From: Lingula anatina
Lineage: Eukaryota; Animalia; Brachiopoda
Direction: 5' to 3'
Assembly (NCBI GenBank): GCA_051362555.1
Contig: CM120641.1
Location: forward strand, 31,068,401-31,132,400
DNA length: 64,000 nucleotides
Part shown: positions 39,044 through 52,717 of the stretch, in pieces
Layout of the letters: the number at the start of each line of letters is the position of its first letter
Numbering within the stretch: the stretch's first letter is position 1
Made by a program: the position numbers and the translations under genes
Notes under the pieces: generated by a model
What the model saw: the letters and a program-made list of their open reading frames with translations, nothing else
Database searches by the model: none
What the model was told of the DNA's origin: nothing

Positions 39044-42000
39044 TGGTAGTAATAATTTTGTTTCCGTTGTACACCGGTGTAACAACGTTCGAAATGTTTT
39101 AATCCGTATCTTGTGAATAGAAGGGGGCGGACAAACAATGGAGGGCCGTATAAATCCCTTCAAAATTCGAACGCACAAACACAATAGCTTAGGTGGAATA
39201 ACACAATACTTAAGACAAGTGAACCCCATGACACCGGTTTCTGTGGTCCAGCGCGACAAGACAATCCGCTGTAACTAGGTGTAATTAACAGCAGGATACA
39301 TCAGCCAGAAGGTCCCCATTGTCTGTTGCGGCGATAGGATTATAGCTTTAAGAGGTTAGAACCTATGCTAACGCGTGCCACGCGTAGCGAACTGTCCTTT
39401 TGTTCACTAGTTTGGCACGCGCAGCTGATTATGATTTTTGTGTTGCTTACAATTTGCTAGTTAAATTTGTTAACAGTTATTTCATCCAATATGAAATTTC
39501 CGCAGTCAAAAATTGAACTAAGTATTGTTTGTTTGATTGACATGCATGAGCGTCAGCATCAATCTGTCTCAAAAAATTCTTATTGCATTAATTTATAAAT
39601 GTATAATTTATTTATAAACGTACTGCATTCAACTATTTATAAAACATGAATGATAATGAACGAGGAATAAGGAAAGAATATATTACTTATACTATACTTG
39701 TATTATAAAATTGAAATTAAATGAGGTGCATTGACAGAGGTGCAAGGACAATCTACAGTTACAGGATTAATTTCGAGGACACTTTAATAGCCTTGGTTTA
39801 TAATCCTTATGGTAGTTAAACGACTATTATCGGTTCGTTAATTATAGGGATTTAAACCTTAAGCCGTTGGGACCCAGCAGCGATAAATACTACTCTAACT
39901 CGGCCTAAATTTACTCAGCTTGCTTTTAGCCACCCACTGTGAGCAGGACACCATCATCAATAGAAAAGTACTCCTGCACTTTCATTAAGATAAACAGGGT
40001 GATAAACCCGATGGGGTGAGCGGGGTGAAAATACCGGCCTTTGTGAGTCAGAACAATAGCAGCCCGCGGATTGCGTCGCGTATTTCTCGAGTTAAATGCT
40101 CTCAAATTGCCTTATACTGTTGAATAACCACGAAGAAAAAGATAATAACTGAAAGTCCTTGAATAATCCCACCTTTTTATAATACTTTTTTTACATTTCA
40201 AATGACGAACATTTTGCTGTTGCGAAACACGCTAGTAAAAATCACGCACTATCTTTCCTGACTCGTGTTTATTCAATTTGATGCACTATAAAATTAAGAA
40301 ATTTAACAGTTATAATTACATCATTGTCAAGGTATTTAATTTCAATTTTGAAATAAATAGTGTATGTATCAAAACTGCATAAATTTTCATAATTTGTCTA
40401 GTCGTACACCATGATACACCGCAGTAGGGTTATAAGATTGCAGTCATTTTAATTATTCGTATGAGCGAAACGATAATGCAATTCTCATATCCGTTCAATA
40501 GCTTCCATTTGCGGAAGATCGTCAGCCGGAGATCGTTCTCCATCTAAGCGAGACGAAAAGGCAATTTTCATATTCATTCATGGGAATTGGTTCGCAAAAG
40601 AGTGTCAGCGATTGTTATTAACCTTCCCTTCCCATTGAAATTTATTATTTTATAAAATATTTTTTCACTTTATTACACTCCCACCCCATTTTGGACAGCC
40701 TGTATCCCAATCCTAGAAAAAAGGCTTGGTTCTGGGTGAAATGATGTAATGGAACTTAATTGAATAGCTGCAATGTATTTAATTTTAACTGATGATTTTA
40801 TTACTGGTGAAAACTGAGCTATGATATTTGGCGAATTTATTTTATTCTTAATTTACATTTAACTGTACCTGGGAATTTTGAAAATCTGTGCTTACAGTTC
40901 TAAAAGGTCAGGTTACGCCCCTGATCCTTAACCTACCCCTCGCTGGTTAATTACTAGTTTACTTAACATCACAAAATGCAGTAGATGACTTTCCTGAAAC
41001 CGCACTAATACGTGTACCAACAGATTTGCTCGCGGGGTTTATGTAAAGGGTGGTTGATTTTAACTTGTGTATAGGCATAGATTAGGTTTTGTGTAGCTCG
41101 TGAAGTTTATATGCACTTTTTCTCAAAAATGTGTTAACATGCGTGTGTTGCTAGACTTTGTTTTGATTATTTTCAGCGACACAAGTTGATAGAAGTCGTA
41201 GCCGCCCTGACGCGTAAACAAGAGTTGCAGCTCTTTGTTAGTAACGAGCTAATTGCACTCTTAACCAACCACTCACTGGTTAATTACTAGTTTAGTAAAC
41301 AGTACAAAACGCAGTACAAAACTAAGATCACTTTCCTAAAACAGAAATAAGCTCTGCATCAGTTCATATATGCTATCTCAGCCATCTTCACTACACAAAT
41401 ATGAGTGGTAGCTGCTGTGTGTACAGGGTAAGGGGGTGGCAGTGAAACATTTGTTATAAATATAGATACAAAGAATGTTCGCATCCTTCACCCCCTTGTA
41501 AATAATTACAAAATTGTTTTGATATGTATTGTAAGGGTGGCGTTTCGTAATTGTTTTTATAATCTTGTCATTTCCTTTTGTGTGAACGTTCTTTGTCATG
41601 AAGTGCGTTAAGTTAGGTGGTTTTATCCTCGAATAGTTGAACAATTCACTGTCCATCTCATGCGTGTGACAGTTGCATTTTATATATATATTTGTTATAG
41701 ATTTGTTCACAATGTATGTATATTATTTGGTATACGTTGCGGTGTACAGAATGTGGTCACAGACGTAAATATTTGCATCGTTATAGACTGGGCATCGAGA
41801 TCTAGGTGGAGAAGGCAAATTAGGTTAATAACGAAGTTTCTGGCCACAGTAATTGGTGGTCGATTTCTCACCTCATTCTCTTCAACCAGAGGTAGTTACA
41901 GATAACCATTGCCTGTCTTTAATTCAGGGACAATAGTGCTGGCTCATGACAGCATTGATAGTTTCCTACTCTTTTGTCACTTCCTCTTCCATTGTCTGCT

Positions 42001-43301
42001 TTTATGTATGTCCGATGAATACCGATAATGACAGAGACATCAGCACGCATATAACAATACTGCTGTAAGGCTCAAAATTATCACAGTTTATGTAATTTTA
42101 TTTCAAAGATCAACTTAAAGATTGAAAGCATTTACTACCAACACTCGAAATTTGTACAAATCCTTTTTTTGAAATGAACTTTCTCAAACGGAATGTTGAA
42201 ATGTTGGTATGTGCTTTGTGGGCTGTTGATTGAGATCGGGTTCAGTCCCGTCCTAAGAAAAAATATGTTATAGTGATCCCTTCACAAAACTATGCGATAT
42301 TATACTCATTTTTGCTTTATTCTTATTTAAGAGATATTATAATAACACCTGTAGGTGAAATAAGAATGTAGTGATGAAAAAAAAAGTAGGAGAGAAAATC
42401 AGAGGACTAGCGGACTCCTTATATAAAATAATGACAGGGAAAAAAACCTGATGTGAGAGTGGCCTTTGTCTTCTGTCTTTCTTTCAAATTTTACTGCATT
42501 GCAGATACTATTGTTTCTAACTTTTTTGTTGAAGAATACTGATACTGGTACGTGTTACTTTGGAACGCTTGACCCACGTAGCATCCTAGGGGTATTTAAG
42601 TTTTCACTGAGACAGGAAAAAAACAGAAGAAAAAAGTGAAGTGTTTCCTTTTATTCATACTGATGAATCTGTTATCTGTTTGCCAAAAATCATTTTTGGT
42701 TTGACCACATTCTCTATTGTGTCTGTCTGAAGAGAAAAAAGGATACAGGGTATATATTAGAAGCGTTTTACATGGGAGGAGGGTCTACATATTCAATTTA
42801 CAATGTGTATGAGTACATGAAGAACAATTGCATTATTTTAAAGAAAGTTTAATAAAGTTTTGTTTAAATTAATACAAACGCTGGATAATTTTTACAGAAA
42901 GTTAATTGTCCTTAAATTGTCCTATATTTTATCAAATTTTCAGCAAGCAATAATCTGTAAAATGAAGCAAATAAAAACAAACAATTTAAACACTGAAAAT
43001 TCTTATGAAAATTAGGCTATTTAATGGCCCTTTTATTACTTTATACATGGACATAATAAGTCCATGTTATGTCCATGCTTTATATGAAAAACGGACCTCT
43101 CGAACAAGCTTAAACGATGCCTATACAATTACTGTGATCATTGTCACTGTTTAGCTACCCGCCTATAATGCGTGCTGAACGACAGACAACTTATAAATAT
43201 TATCTGTGTTACTGTGTAAATGAACACATTTAGTTAAATTATAACGAAGTCGGTGATTTAATCCATCCAACATATTTATATTTGTTCTTTCAAAACCAGT
43301 G

Positions 43302-43474
43302 TCAGGTTAACGCTAAATCAAAGCAAGCCTTGCAGACTGGTTTTGTTTAAACTGTCGTATATTAAGTAAAGCTAAGTAAAGCCTGTTTCTACTTCGCAGT
43401 GTTCATCCAGTCAGGTTAACGCCAAATCAAAGCAAGCCTTGCAGACTGGTTTTGTTTAAACTGTCGTATGTTAA
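43302..43474. repeat. ~106-bp tandem duplication whose second unit is split by the Kolobok element
   Basis: gtcaggttaacg...ctgtcgtat occurs twice. The rest of unit 2 (ttaagtaaagctaagtaaagcctgtttctacttc) resumes at 48820. Confidence 0.85.
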
Positions 43475-46400
43475 AGGGACAAAAAATAGGATTAAAAACG
43501 CCTTTTTAGTGCATGGATTGCTTCTTATTTAACTTATCTGAGAACAATTGCTATGGGTAAAGCATAAAATGGCAGGTAAATGGCCTTAATCAATATCGAA
43601 AAAAAAAGAATCATATTCACCGTCCACTTTCGAACCCCGGGCGTCAGCCATCTTGACACAGTTTGAAATAACGCGGCATCTCGACTCAGATACGAGATGT
43701 AAACAATGCAGACAGCATGTCTCACTCGACTGCGAAGGTGAGCGTGGGCGAGAAGAAGAGGAATTGTTCACAGAATCTTTGCAGGTAAGCGGGTTATAGT
43801 CACTATATGTGTTTTAAAATGGGAAGGTGGCAGGAAATAAAAATATCTAGCAGTGGAAGTTTAAAAGCGTAAATAACTGCTACATTTCCTCGGATAACGC
43901 ACTCGCAGTCCCCAAACCACTCGCACTGCGTACTACGTAGTTACATGAAGCGTGGTAGTGCACTTTGACCCTGAGGTATATAGTTCTGTAAACCAGGAGG
44001 AATACCGTTTTCTGCTCAATGTGGTCATCTACCAGTACTTGCAGACGAACCTCACACCATATTCCCGCAGGGGAATCCCATGAGATATACAATGTAACTC
44101 GAGTACTGTACTAGTTGGGATAGAGGGTGTTCTTTGTACAACACGTAACTCATTTGTAAATGTATTAATATTGTCAGATAAGATAAGATAAGAGTTTATT
44201 TAGCCAATTATAAAAATCGGAAATCATTTTAATTTTGGAGCAATATAAAGAGTAAAATAATAGAATAATACAATAAATAAATAAATAAATAAATATGAAT
44301 ATGATTATAAGGAATGAATATGATTACAAGGAATGAATTTTTTAGCCTTTCCTTAGGAGGAACTGGTTGATACACCCCTTCAAGCACGAAGGAGAGAACA
44401 GGTATGTTAATAATTTTAGCAATACACCAGGTAACAGGGGCGGATCCAGGATAATTTGAAGTGGGGGGGGTCCGCGGATGCAAAGCCGACCCTCTAGTTG
44501 CCGTGGGGTTCTGGGTCCGCTTAAAATTTTTGCTATTTTAGAGGGCGAACAGTGCCATTTGGTATGGTTTAGTACTATCGATTAGCTTGTCAAAATTCTA
44601 ATTGCAAATGGGGAATATTAGTGTGATTTTTTTTTTACATCAGTTCTTTAAAACCATGTGTGATTATGTTATTTCTTCTTGTGGCCTTTATGATCTAATG
44701 CAGCTATAGCTATTTAAATTTAATTATTTTGTGCCATAATCTTCTTTATCAAAAGCTGGTTATCATGTAGTGATCATGCCCTCTAATTTGTTAATTTTTG
44801 TTAAAGAATAGTGCTGTTATGATAATATCAATACATTTTTTCTTTATAACCATTTTATGTAATTTTACTATTACAGTGCCTCAAGTTATATCTGGAAAAC
44901 TCACACCAGGAAGCACTCCAATCTTACAATACTGCTTCACTTCAATGTCCGCGTGACAAGTTGTGCAAAAGACTGCTACAAAAAATATGCACTAATGACC
45001 ACATAATCCACCACCTTTTACCAAAACTGAGTGAACAGTTTTATATTGTAATGCCCACGTATTTTAAGTGCCAAGACTGAGATCACAGAGAGCCTCAAGG
45101 ACTTTTATTTTCTGGGCATTGTCAACTCTTCAATAATTTAAGAATTTTGCCAAATACATCCAAAGATTCAATTCTCATGCAATTCTTGAAAACTTTTTTA
45201 GAATATATTTTAATGTCGAACATGTTTTTCTAAGAACTAGGCCTTTAGTAAATTAACAACATGTACTATCCAACTGTTATTATTATTAACATATTGTTAT
45301 GTACAAAGCATAAGCTGCAGTATCAATGTAACATTAACTGGGTAGAGATTATGAATGAAATAAAAGTTTAAATATTGAAACATCTTTTATTTATATTTCA
45401 AATATTTGGCAAAAATACAAGAATAAAGTTTGCTACATAAGTTTGGAATTTGGCCAAATCATCTTTATTATTACCTGTCACATGTAATGAATAAGATGTA
45501 CACAGATTTTGTAAGCTAGAATGCATAATTATTTTCGTACTTATTAATGCTTTCTTCATAAATAAGCCTTCCATTCAAGCATTCACAAACTTTCACATTG
45601 TGCAGTACACTATAGTATGGTAACATTTTTGAGAGAGACTTATTAACAGCTGGGCTATCATGTTAAGAGTCTGATGTACATGCAGACCCATGAGGATTGC
45701 AGATCAACAAATTATCCCCCTCTCTGTCAGTGTATTGACTCATGTGAGCTGACACAAAAATCTCCATGCAAAGGGATGTGTCATGAGAAAGGACTTACCC
45801 CACTTACACAAACATAAATTGTTTCATCAGAAGATATTCACACATACTTTTCCAAGATGTGCAGGGAATAAATAGAAAGGTATAAATATTTCTTTAAAAA
45901 ATACAGGCATGGCTTCCCTGCATGAATTCTAAATAATGGCTTTGTGGAGAATTGAATACAGGCACAAGTGTTCACTCAAACCATTTTTGTAGGTCTTAAA
46001 AGAAATGACATACAGTCACTTGCCAAATACAGAATTTTATGCTGGAACAAAGTCACAAAACTGCAACTGGTGATCTTACAAAATCTGACAACACACTGGT
46101 TTAAAATCAAGTTGAAGTCACAATATGCCACCAGTACCATATTCCATAATACATTTGATGTCATCTAGATTTAAGAAGTAAATGCTGGACCAAAATGGTT
46201 TATTCTCAATATCAGGCATATGACTTAGTTTTGGGAGGAAAGACCACCTTGATTTCCAATCTGTCTGCATTATAGCATACATGTCAGTGCTAGATGGTTT
46301 GAAGTCAGCAGATTATGCTTTGTCACATTGGCAAGATGAGTTCACTGAATATATCCTGTAAGCAGCACTCGAAAGTCAGGAAAAGTCTCTCACTATCCAA

Positions 46401-48819
46401 CTCGTCCCCACTTTGGACCCTCAAGAAAAATTCCTCTTTTTTTGGTGGAGAGCCATGGAGTTCCTCTTCCATGTAAAAAACTCTTCTTCAGGACATCATA
46501 CTGGCAGTTGTTCATAACCTTAAGGTCTAAAAAAGCAAATCAAAATAATAATAATAATAATAATAATTTATTAAGATTGCAACCCAGTGGGTTGAAGTTG
46601 TACATAGTGTTAAGAAAATTATAATGAAAATAAAGAATATTTGCTTGAATAAAAGTTAAAAGAGTTAAAAGACTGCTAATTGAACTTTAAAATTATTATA
46701 CTTAGGATAAAAGACAACATAATACTATTGGAAATTTAAAAGTGCATATGGAATAAAAGAGCATCGGAATCTGTCGGTCTTAAATTGTGGCACTTTGTTA
46801 CTATTGTTTGATCTTAAAAGACGATTGGATTGCTCAATAAAGATGTGATTCAGTTTGTCAGAGGATTCAGTTATTTTGTAAAAGAAAGTTTTGAACAGAT
46901 CTCTTCATTTATATAAAGTACACATATTTGCCAAGTTCAGGGTTTCATCATAGTGTAGGTCAGGGAAAATAATCTTCAAAGCACGAGTTTGGTCAGTCTC
47001 TAAGAGTTTGCATTGCTCTATAGTTAGTCCTGGATGCCACACATGGCAGGCATATTCTAGAATTGAGTGCACAATACTTTGGTAAAGCTTAGCTCGTTTC
47101 AGTTGATGGAAGAAATAGAGTCTTGCATTATGTTTACATTATGTGTTGCCAATTTGGAAAAAAAAAATTGATAAAAGAGAAATCATGCACCTATAATGCC
47201 TAATATATGATGAGTGAATATCAGCTTATTAAAATTCTGCTTACTCTAAAGACATGTTTTAGTCCCATGTTGGATCATCAGGATCCTTTAATTCCCTCTT
47301 CTTCAGCATCTTCCTCTTCTTCCATCTGCACTTCTTCCAGTTCAGGCATCCCATAGGAAAAAGTTACCTTGATACTGCAACCAAAAAAAAGCAACAGTAC
47401 ATAAAATTAAGATAATCAAGTTTGAGAAAAATCATGTAAAAACATAACTGAAATAAGTATAAAATTCAACTGAAATAAGTATAAATGCCATTTTTCTCAA
47501 TATGATCACCTTAAATTATCTAGACTGTCATCTTCAACTGCACTAGTATTAACTACAACTTAATTTTGAAGTTTCTTGATCACTTCATATTGGTTTAATC
47601 TCCGAAATACTGGTTGGACTCTAAAGTTAAAATTGTATGATCTAAATTATTACTCTGGACTATTTATCCATTTACAGATGTACTAAACATAAACATGCAA
47701 AATCCCCTTTCTGATTTATTTATTTATTTCTAATGTAAAAAGGAAACTTAATTGCCTTTAGAATATAAAATCAAAATACTATTCAAAGATATTTTCAATT
47801 ATAGTTGACATGCCATTTAAAACTGAGTTAAACTTATATACAATAACAGCTTCTGCACAATCATTTTGGGATTAAGATGCCTAAAGAAATAGCATCTTGG
47901 TCATACGTCTTAATTACTGTGTTTTGTATGCCCAGATGTAAGAGGCACAAGAAATGTGCCCTTGGTAAGTCAACAATTCGCCCCGGCCATGGTAATGTAC
48001 ATGTAATGAAACCAGTATCTCCCACCATGTCCATTTCCATTTAAACTTTCTTTGCTGTATAAACTTACCCAAACCCTGTCAGAGTTGACATATGAGCAAC
48101 ACTTGTAATTCCTGTTATCGATACCACTCATATTGATTAGTTACAATTTCATGGCATATTTTGACAGACGAGCCTGACAATCGTTAAGAAATACAACGAA
48201 CACACGTAAATAAACATTAATATCTGTGCTTAATAAATATTTTTACTGGTGTCTTATCTCAAACATAATTGTAAATTGTACTCACAAATCCAGTAAATAC
48301 TTTGCGGCCAGGCGATCCTTCGTATCCATGGCCATCCATGCAAGCAGGTTAATTTTCATCTGCCTTCTTCCTCGCCGGTGTTTATTGTTTGCCTGTCGTA
48401 CATTTGCTGATACACTGTTTTACGCGCATTTTATTTTTCTGGTGTTGACTTTTGTAACGAGTGTTTCCTTTTTCTTTTTGTTATCTTTCTTCCCTTCTTC
48501 GATGGAGTCTCAACTAATTCAGCCTCCTGTTCCATGTGCTTTCCCGGCAGCTTGAACTAGTTTTAACTAGGTCGCAATACGAGAATCTCGCGATATCCGG
48601 AAGTCTAGAGAGCTCAATAATGAAAATGGAGGTAGTTGTTGGTAAACCTCCGCTTAAGCGGAGGTTTTCTTTTTATTGTATTTTCCAAAAATGTTACAGA
48701 GCGATGGCAAGTGCTGGGAATGATAGATTAAAGGTTGGTAAATCGCGGAAAAGTACTGTTAACCTCAGGATAAATCGGGATAAATCAATTTTGGCGCGAA
48801 AATCCTCTTTTGTGTCCTT
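43475..48819 (-). mobile_element. Kolobok-type DNA transposon with decayed transposase
   Basis: TTAA TSD, purine-purine termini and an imperfect ~19-bp TIR (AGGGACAAAAAATAGGATT / AAGGACACAAAAGAGGATT). The empty site is shown by the adjacent duplicate unit. Minus-strand remnants include AKYLLD|gtgagt, FLTFECCLQDIF, YLFPA and ITCDR. Confidence 0.75.
46545..47140 (-). mobile_element. 5'-truncated LINE (CR1/L2-group) with (ATT)n tail, nested in the Kolobok
   Basis: Minus-strand translation ARLYFFHQLKRA...SILEYACHVWHPGLT...RALKII...KTDRFRCSFIPY, then an AT-rich UTR and (ATT)n at ~46545-46568. Confidence 0.8.
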
Positions 48820-49908
48820 TTAAGTAAAGCTAAGTAAAGCCTGTTTCTACTTCCGGTGTTCATCCCAGCTATCATGTATAAAACTGCATGAAGGATAACA
48901 AGACTCCGTAGCGAATTAAGTTTCACAATGCCCTGTGCTTCAGGTTTCCAGAAGTCCCGTGTAACACGATAATATCGAAGAGTATGGCCTGAGAGTAATT
49001 CAAATATGAGGCCGTGTATGAAAGATTTTAAAAATTAGAAATTCAAGAATTTAAACATTTCACAAAAATCGCATCTAATTGTTTAGATTAACCTCTACTT
49101 TTATCGATCTCATCGCCTTGTCTCAACCACCTAAAAGAAATATAGTGCACATGAGGAAAAGTAACACGTTTACATGCAGGCGAAGGAGGTATACTTCAAT
49201 ATTAATCGCGAACAATATCAACAGCGACTAAAGACTGTTGCCTAGTCTTGTCTTTCACACTTTTACAGAAACACATGAAGGTTTAATAAAGGGAGTCGCG
49301 GCGCAATATCTATCTCTTTCTTTCGAACAAGCAAGGGGCTGACCCGAAGTAAGCTTTCTAAACTTATTTCCTTTTTATTGTATATTGTAATTATTCCGCT
49401 TGCTCGCCTCCATTGTCTTGTAAAAGCGACAAAGAATGTGTTGTATTCATACACAAATTGAAAGAACTTCGCATAACTCCTTTGCCTTGTTGCATAATGT
49501 CTTTCTCAAGGTTATAATCAGTGTGAAGAGGGTGTCTTGCCTCATTTAAAAAGGGAGTTGTTCTTCATACTGGTTGTTGCTTAACTTATGCTAACCTACT
49601 CTGTACAAATATGGTTTCAATAAATCGCCAAAATTATGACATTAATGAACATTGTGTATCAAACGTTAAATGATCGCTATCTCTGCTCCTTTTCCTTTGA
49701 CAGCAACGTAAAAAGTGTTTAGGGAGAAAGTCACACAGAGACCCGACGTTGTTTTGTCTTTAGCATTTCCTCTTCCTTGTTTACTGCAATTACTGTCGTC
49801 AATTAATGAAATCGAGAAAGCAATTAAGTGACGGCACATTGAATATAGTTACTAGGTGCATTTCGCTGAGTGTTTACACGATCTAGCGATACATTTTAAT
49901 GGCCACGC

Positions 49909-50380
49909 TGTAGTGTTCACAAATATAATTCCCAGACATGTAAATCAATTTGATTAGAGTCGATTGCTTGTGCACTCGACTCGTTTTATGGCCTTACCTG
50001 AAGTCATGTAACTTAAGTGGACGTGTGCAATTTGAATAATTAAAATTAGTATGTACCGCCAAATACTACAGCACAGAATCCACCTAAAGATAAGAAATAG
50101 GTATAAAAGACGTATAGAATTAATATCGGGGGACAGACTGAAGAAGACTCGAAGGTGACCGCTCGACGGAGCTATGGGAGACGGCCTAGAGCTTGGAGGC
50201 TTCACGTAGAACATGTAGTTAGGGGTCTAACTGTGGGTTTTCCTGTTGTCTGGGATGATAGGTGGTGTTTTTCCTCTTCATATTAGCCCTGATTGACTTT
50301 GTTTATTATCAATATTATTATTGTGGCGAGCTTGTGATTGGAATTGTTTCCCTAGAATTAATGCTTATACGGTATATGCA

Positions 50381-50423
<43 letters not shown>

Positions 50424-50478
50424 AGTAATGGCAGATGTATGTTGAACGTAGATACAACCGAAGGGAGGTTTAAGTATG

Positions 50479-50513
<35 letters not shown>

Positions 50514-51420
50514 CGATGAAACTTTATTATAACGAAGAAAGTTTATTCTCCCTTGTGTCTTGTTTCAGGTGACAGTGAATGGTCCCTGGATCGCCGTGCC
50601 TGTGTCATCGCCTCCGACCCACCGCCTGCCGCGTATCCAAGGCTGAGGGTTTCCAGCGCTTCGATCCATTAGACCTATCCGTCCTGCGTCCTGGAACCCA
50701 AGTAACTATACAGCGGAGAGGGGTGGACCCCGCTGTTTTGCCGATGATGCCATTGAAAGACTAAACACTAAAAGACTCAAATGAATTTTAAAGACTTTAA
50801 AATATAAGGCGCTCATTTGCCCGGTTTCCAGAGCTATTTTTCCCTAAATTGATAAAGAAAGATATGAATTAAAGGGTTTTATCTCTGGTTTTCCTCCGGG
50901 CCTGTCTGTAACGTGTTCTTTTATTAACGTGCTTCGCTTTGTGTATATGTTGTAAATATAATGTAGAGTGAATGTCTCCAACGTGATAAATGAAAAAAAA
51001 AAATGTATTTTTTTTTTTCTGGTAAAAAGGGAAGGCGTGTAGTGTTCACAAATATAATTCCCAGACATGTAAATCAATTTGATTAGAGTCGATTGCTTGT
51101 GCACTCGACTCGTTTTATGGCCTTACCTGAAGTCATGTAACTTAAGTGGACGTGTGCAATTTGAATAATTAAAATTAGTATGTACCGCCAAATACTGCAG
51201 CACAGAATCCACCTAAAGATAAGAAATAGGTATAAAAGACGTATAGAATTAATATCGGGGGACAGACTGAAGAAGACTCGAAGGTGACCGCTCGACGGAG
51301 CTATGGGAGACGGCCTAGAGCTTGGAGGCTTCACGTAGAACATGTAGTTAGGGATCATCAACTAATAAACCATTAAACTGGTCATTATGTGGACTTGGGT
51401 TTTCTTAGCGCGACATTACG
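49909..51420 (+). mobile_element. Small non-autonomous LTR element (TRIM/deleted Gypsy-like)
   Basis: 316-bp direct repeats at 49909-50224 and 51038-51353, with one visible mismatch, both starting TGTAGTG. A polypurine tract AAAAAGGGAAGGCG precedes the second copy, which contains TATAAAA and AATAAA and ends ACATTACG. No TSD found. Confidence 0.75.
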
Positions 51421-52717
51421 TAAATCTGACACGAACCGTGGAATTTTGAATAGCGTTATCCACTGAGTAAGTCTAAAACGTAATGTCCTATTTCGAGCCC
51501 ACGCTTGAATTAAGCGTTCTAAATTATATAAGTTTAGGACATTCATCTCATACCTATATGTCAAGGTACATAATAACGCGTTCTAGTCTGATTGTTTAGG
51601 GGGGGGGGGGGCAGTTAGTGGTATTTGTATGTGTAGTTGGATAAAATAAAATAGTCCAGAATGGTGTGTACAGGTTTGAGAAGTTAAACATGAAAACGTT
51701 TTCGACTGATAATAAAAAACATTAGGAAAAAAACGAAATAGAATGTTTGGAAATTTAAACAGTTACTCTGGCGGCTTTGCGTCATGGCTATGAATCTGAC
51801 ATCGAATTTAGGCCAAAATATTAGTAAATTCAGAATTATTAGCTAAAATGTAAATTGCCCTTAAATGCCAGTGATCCAAGCGAAGGGTACGCTTTCCTGA
51901 AGGTAGCGGCGACGAACAGCGACAATATTTTTCTGAACAGTGAACTTTTATTAGTTACGTAAAGCCCCCTTTTCAACAGGTGTGTTTTATTAATTACTTC
52001 ATGTTACAAAGTAAATTTATACAGGCAAAACTTTATTCAAGGAAATAGTTTCACGAAATGAACGAGAGTAAAATATAAGTCGGCACAAATATAAGTCATA
52101 CAACAATGAGTCTGTATTTAAAGTATAATCCCTCCTGTTATGGGCCATGTCGGATTATAATGGCATACCTTGATGCAAAACAGTCTATCGTTTCTTCCAC
52201 CACGAGTCCCTTTATTTAATGTATTGTATTACTCATTACCCATTTCATTTGACACTCTCTCTTTTTCTCTCCCTTCCCCTTTCTCTTGTTAGAAGGAGGG
52301 TAAATAATTAAGCACTCAAAATCTGCATCACCAATCTTCAGAAAAAAATAAAACAACGAACCATTGGGCTGATCCACAACATCTGACCCAGCAGAATGAA
52401 TCATATAACTGCTAGCACAAATTTATATGCAGATAGCTATAGTGCCACTAAATACATAATCAGCTGCACGCGCGAAGCTGTTGAACAAAAGGATAGTTCG
52501 CTACGGGAGACCGTTTGTTTACATAAGTACTCTAAGGGGGCATGCCTACCCAGGCGACCAGGGGGATTATAAGGCTATAGTTACTATATGCCATCAACAA
52601 TCGTTTAGTGACCCTATCATTATACACTCCCTCTATTGTATTTTCCACCCCATTAATCGCAGTGTAATCTTCAAATGGTCCACAGGGTAAATGTACACAT
52701 TCTCAATACTAGTACGG

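Larger units (their letters stand above)
39040..52712 (+). mobile_element. 13.7-kb non-satellite block, Helitron-like (non-autonomous), with nested elements
   Basis: Begins TCTGTGGTAGTAATAA and ends ...GGTCCACAG-(N~22)-CTAG|T; CTGTGG/CCACAG form a short asymmetric inverted pair. No TSD or TIR, and no Rep/helicase ORF seen. Junctions are imperfect, with ~17 bp of satellite missing. Confidence 0.5.

Noticed and set aside
42225-42260. tRNA or tRNA-derived SINE (GGTTCAGTCCC B-box-like; also TTCGAACCCC near 43629)
   Set aside because: No A box or cloverleaf could be built around either site.
44455-44520. CAGGGGCGGATCCAGG repeat start, and a LINE-like peptide at ~44880-45070
   Set aside because: Probably further TE fragments, but no partner end or boundaries could be defined.
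49954-51361. Duplicated 86-92 aa ORF as a gene pair
   Set aside because: Antisense reading of the two LTR copies.
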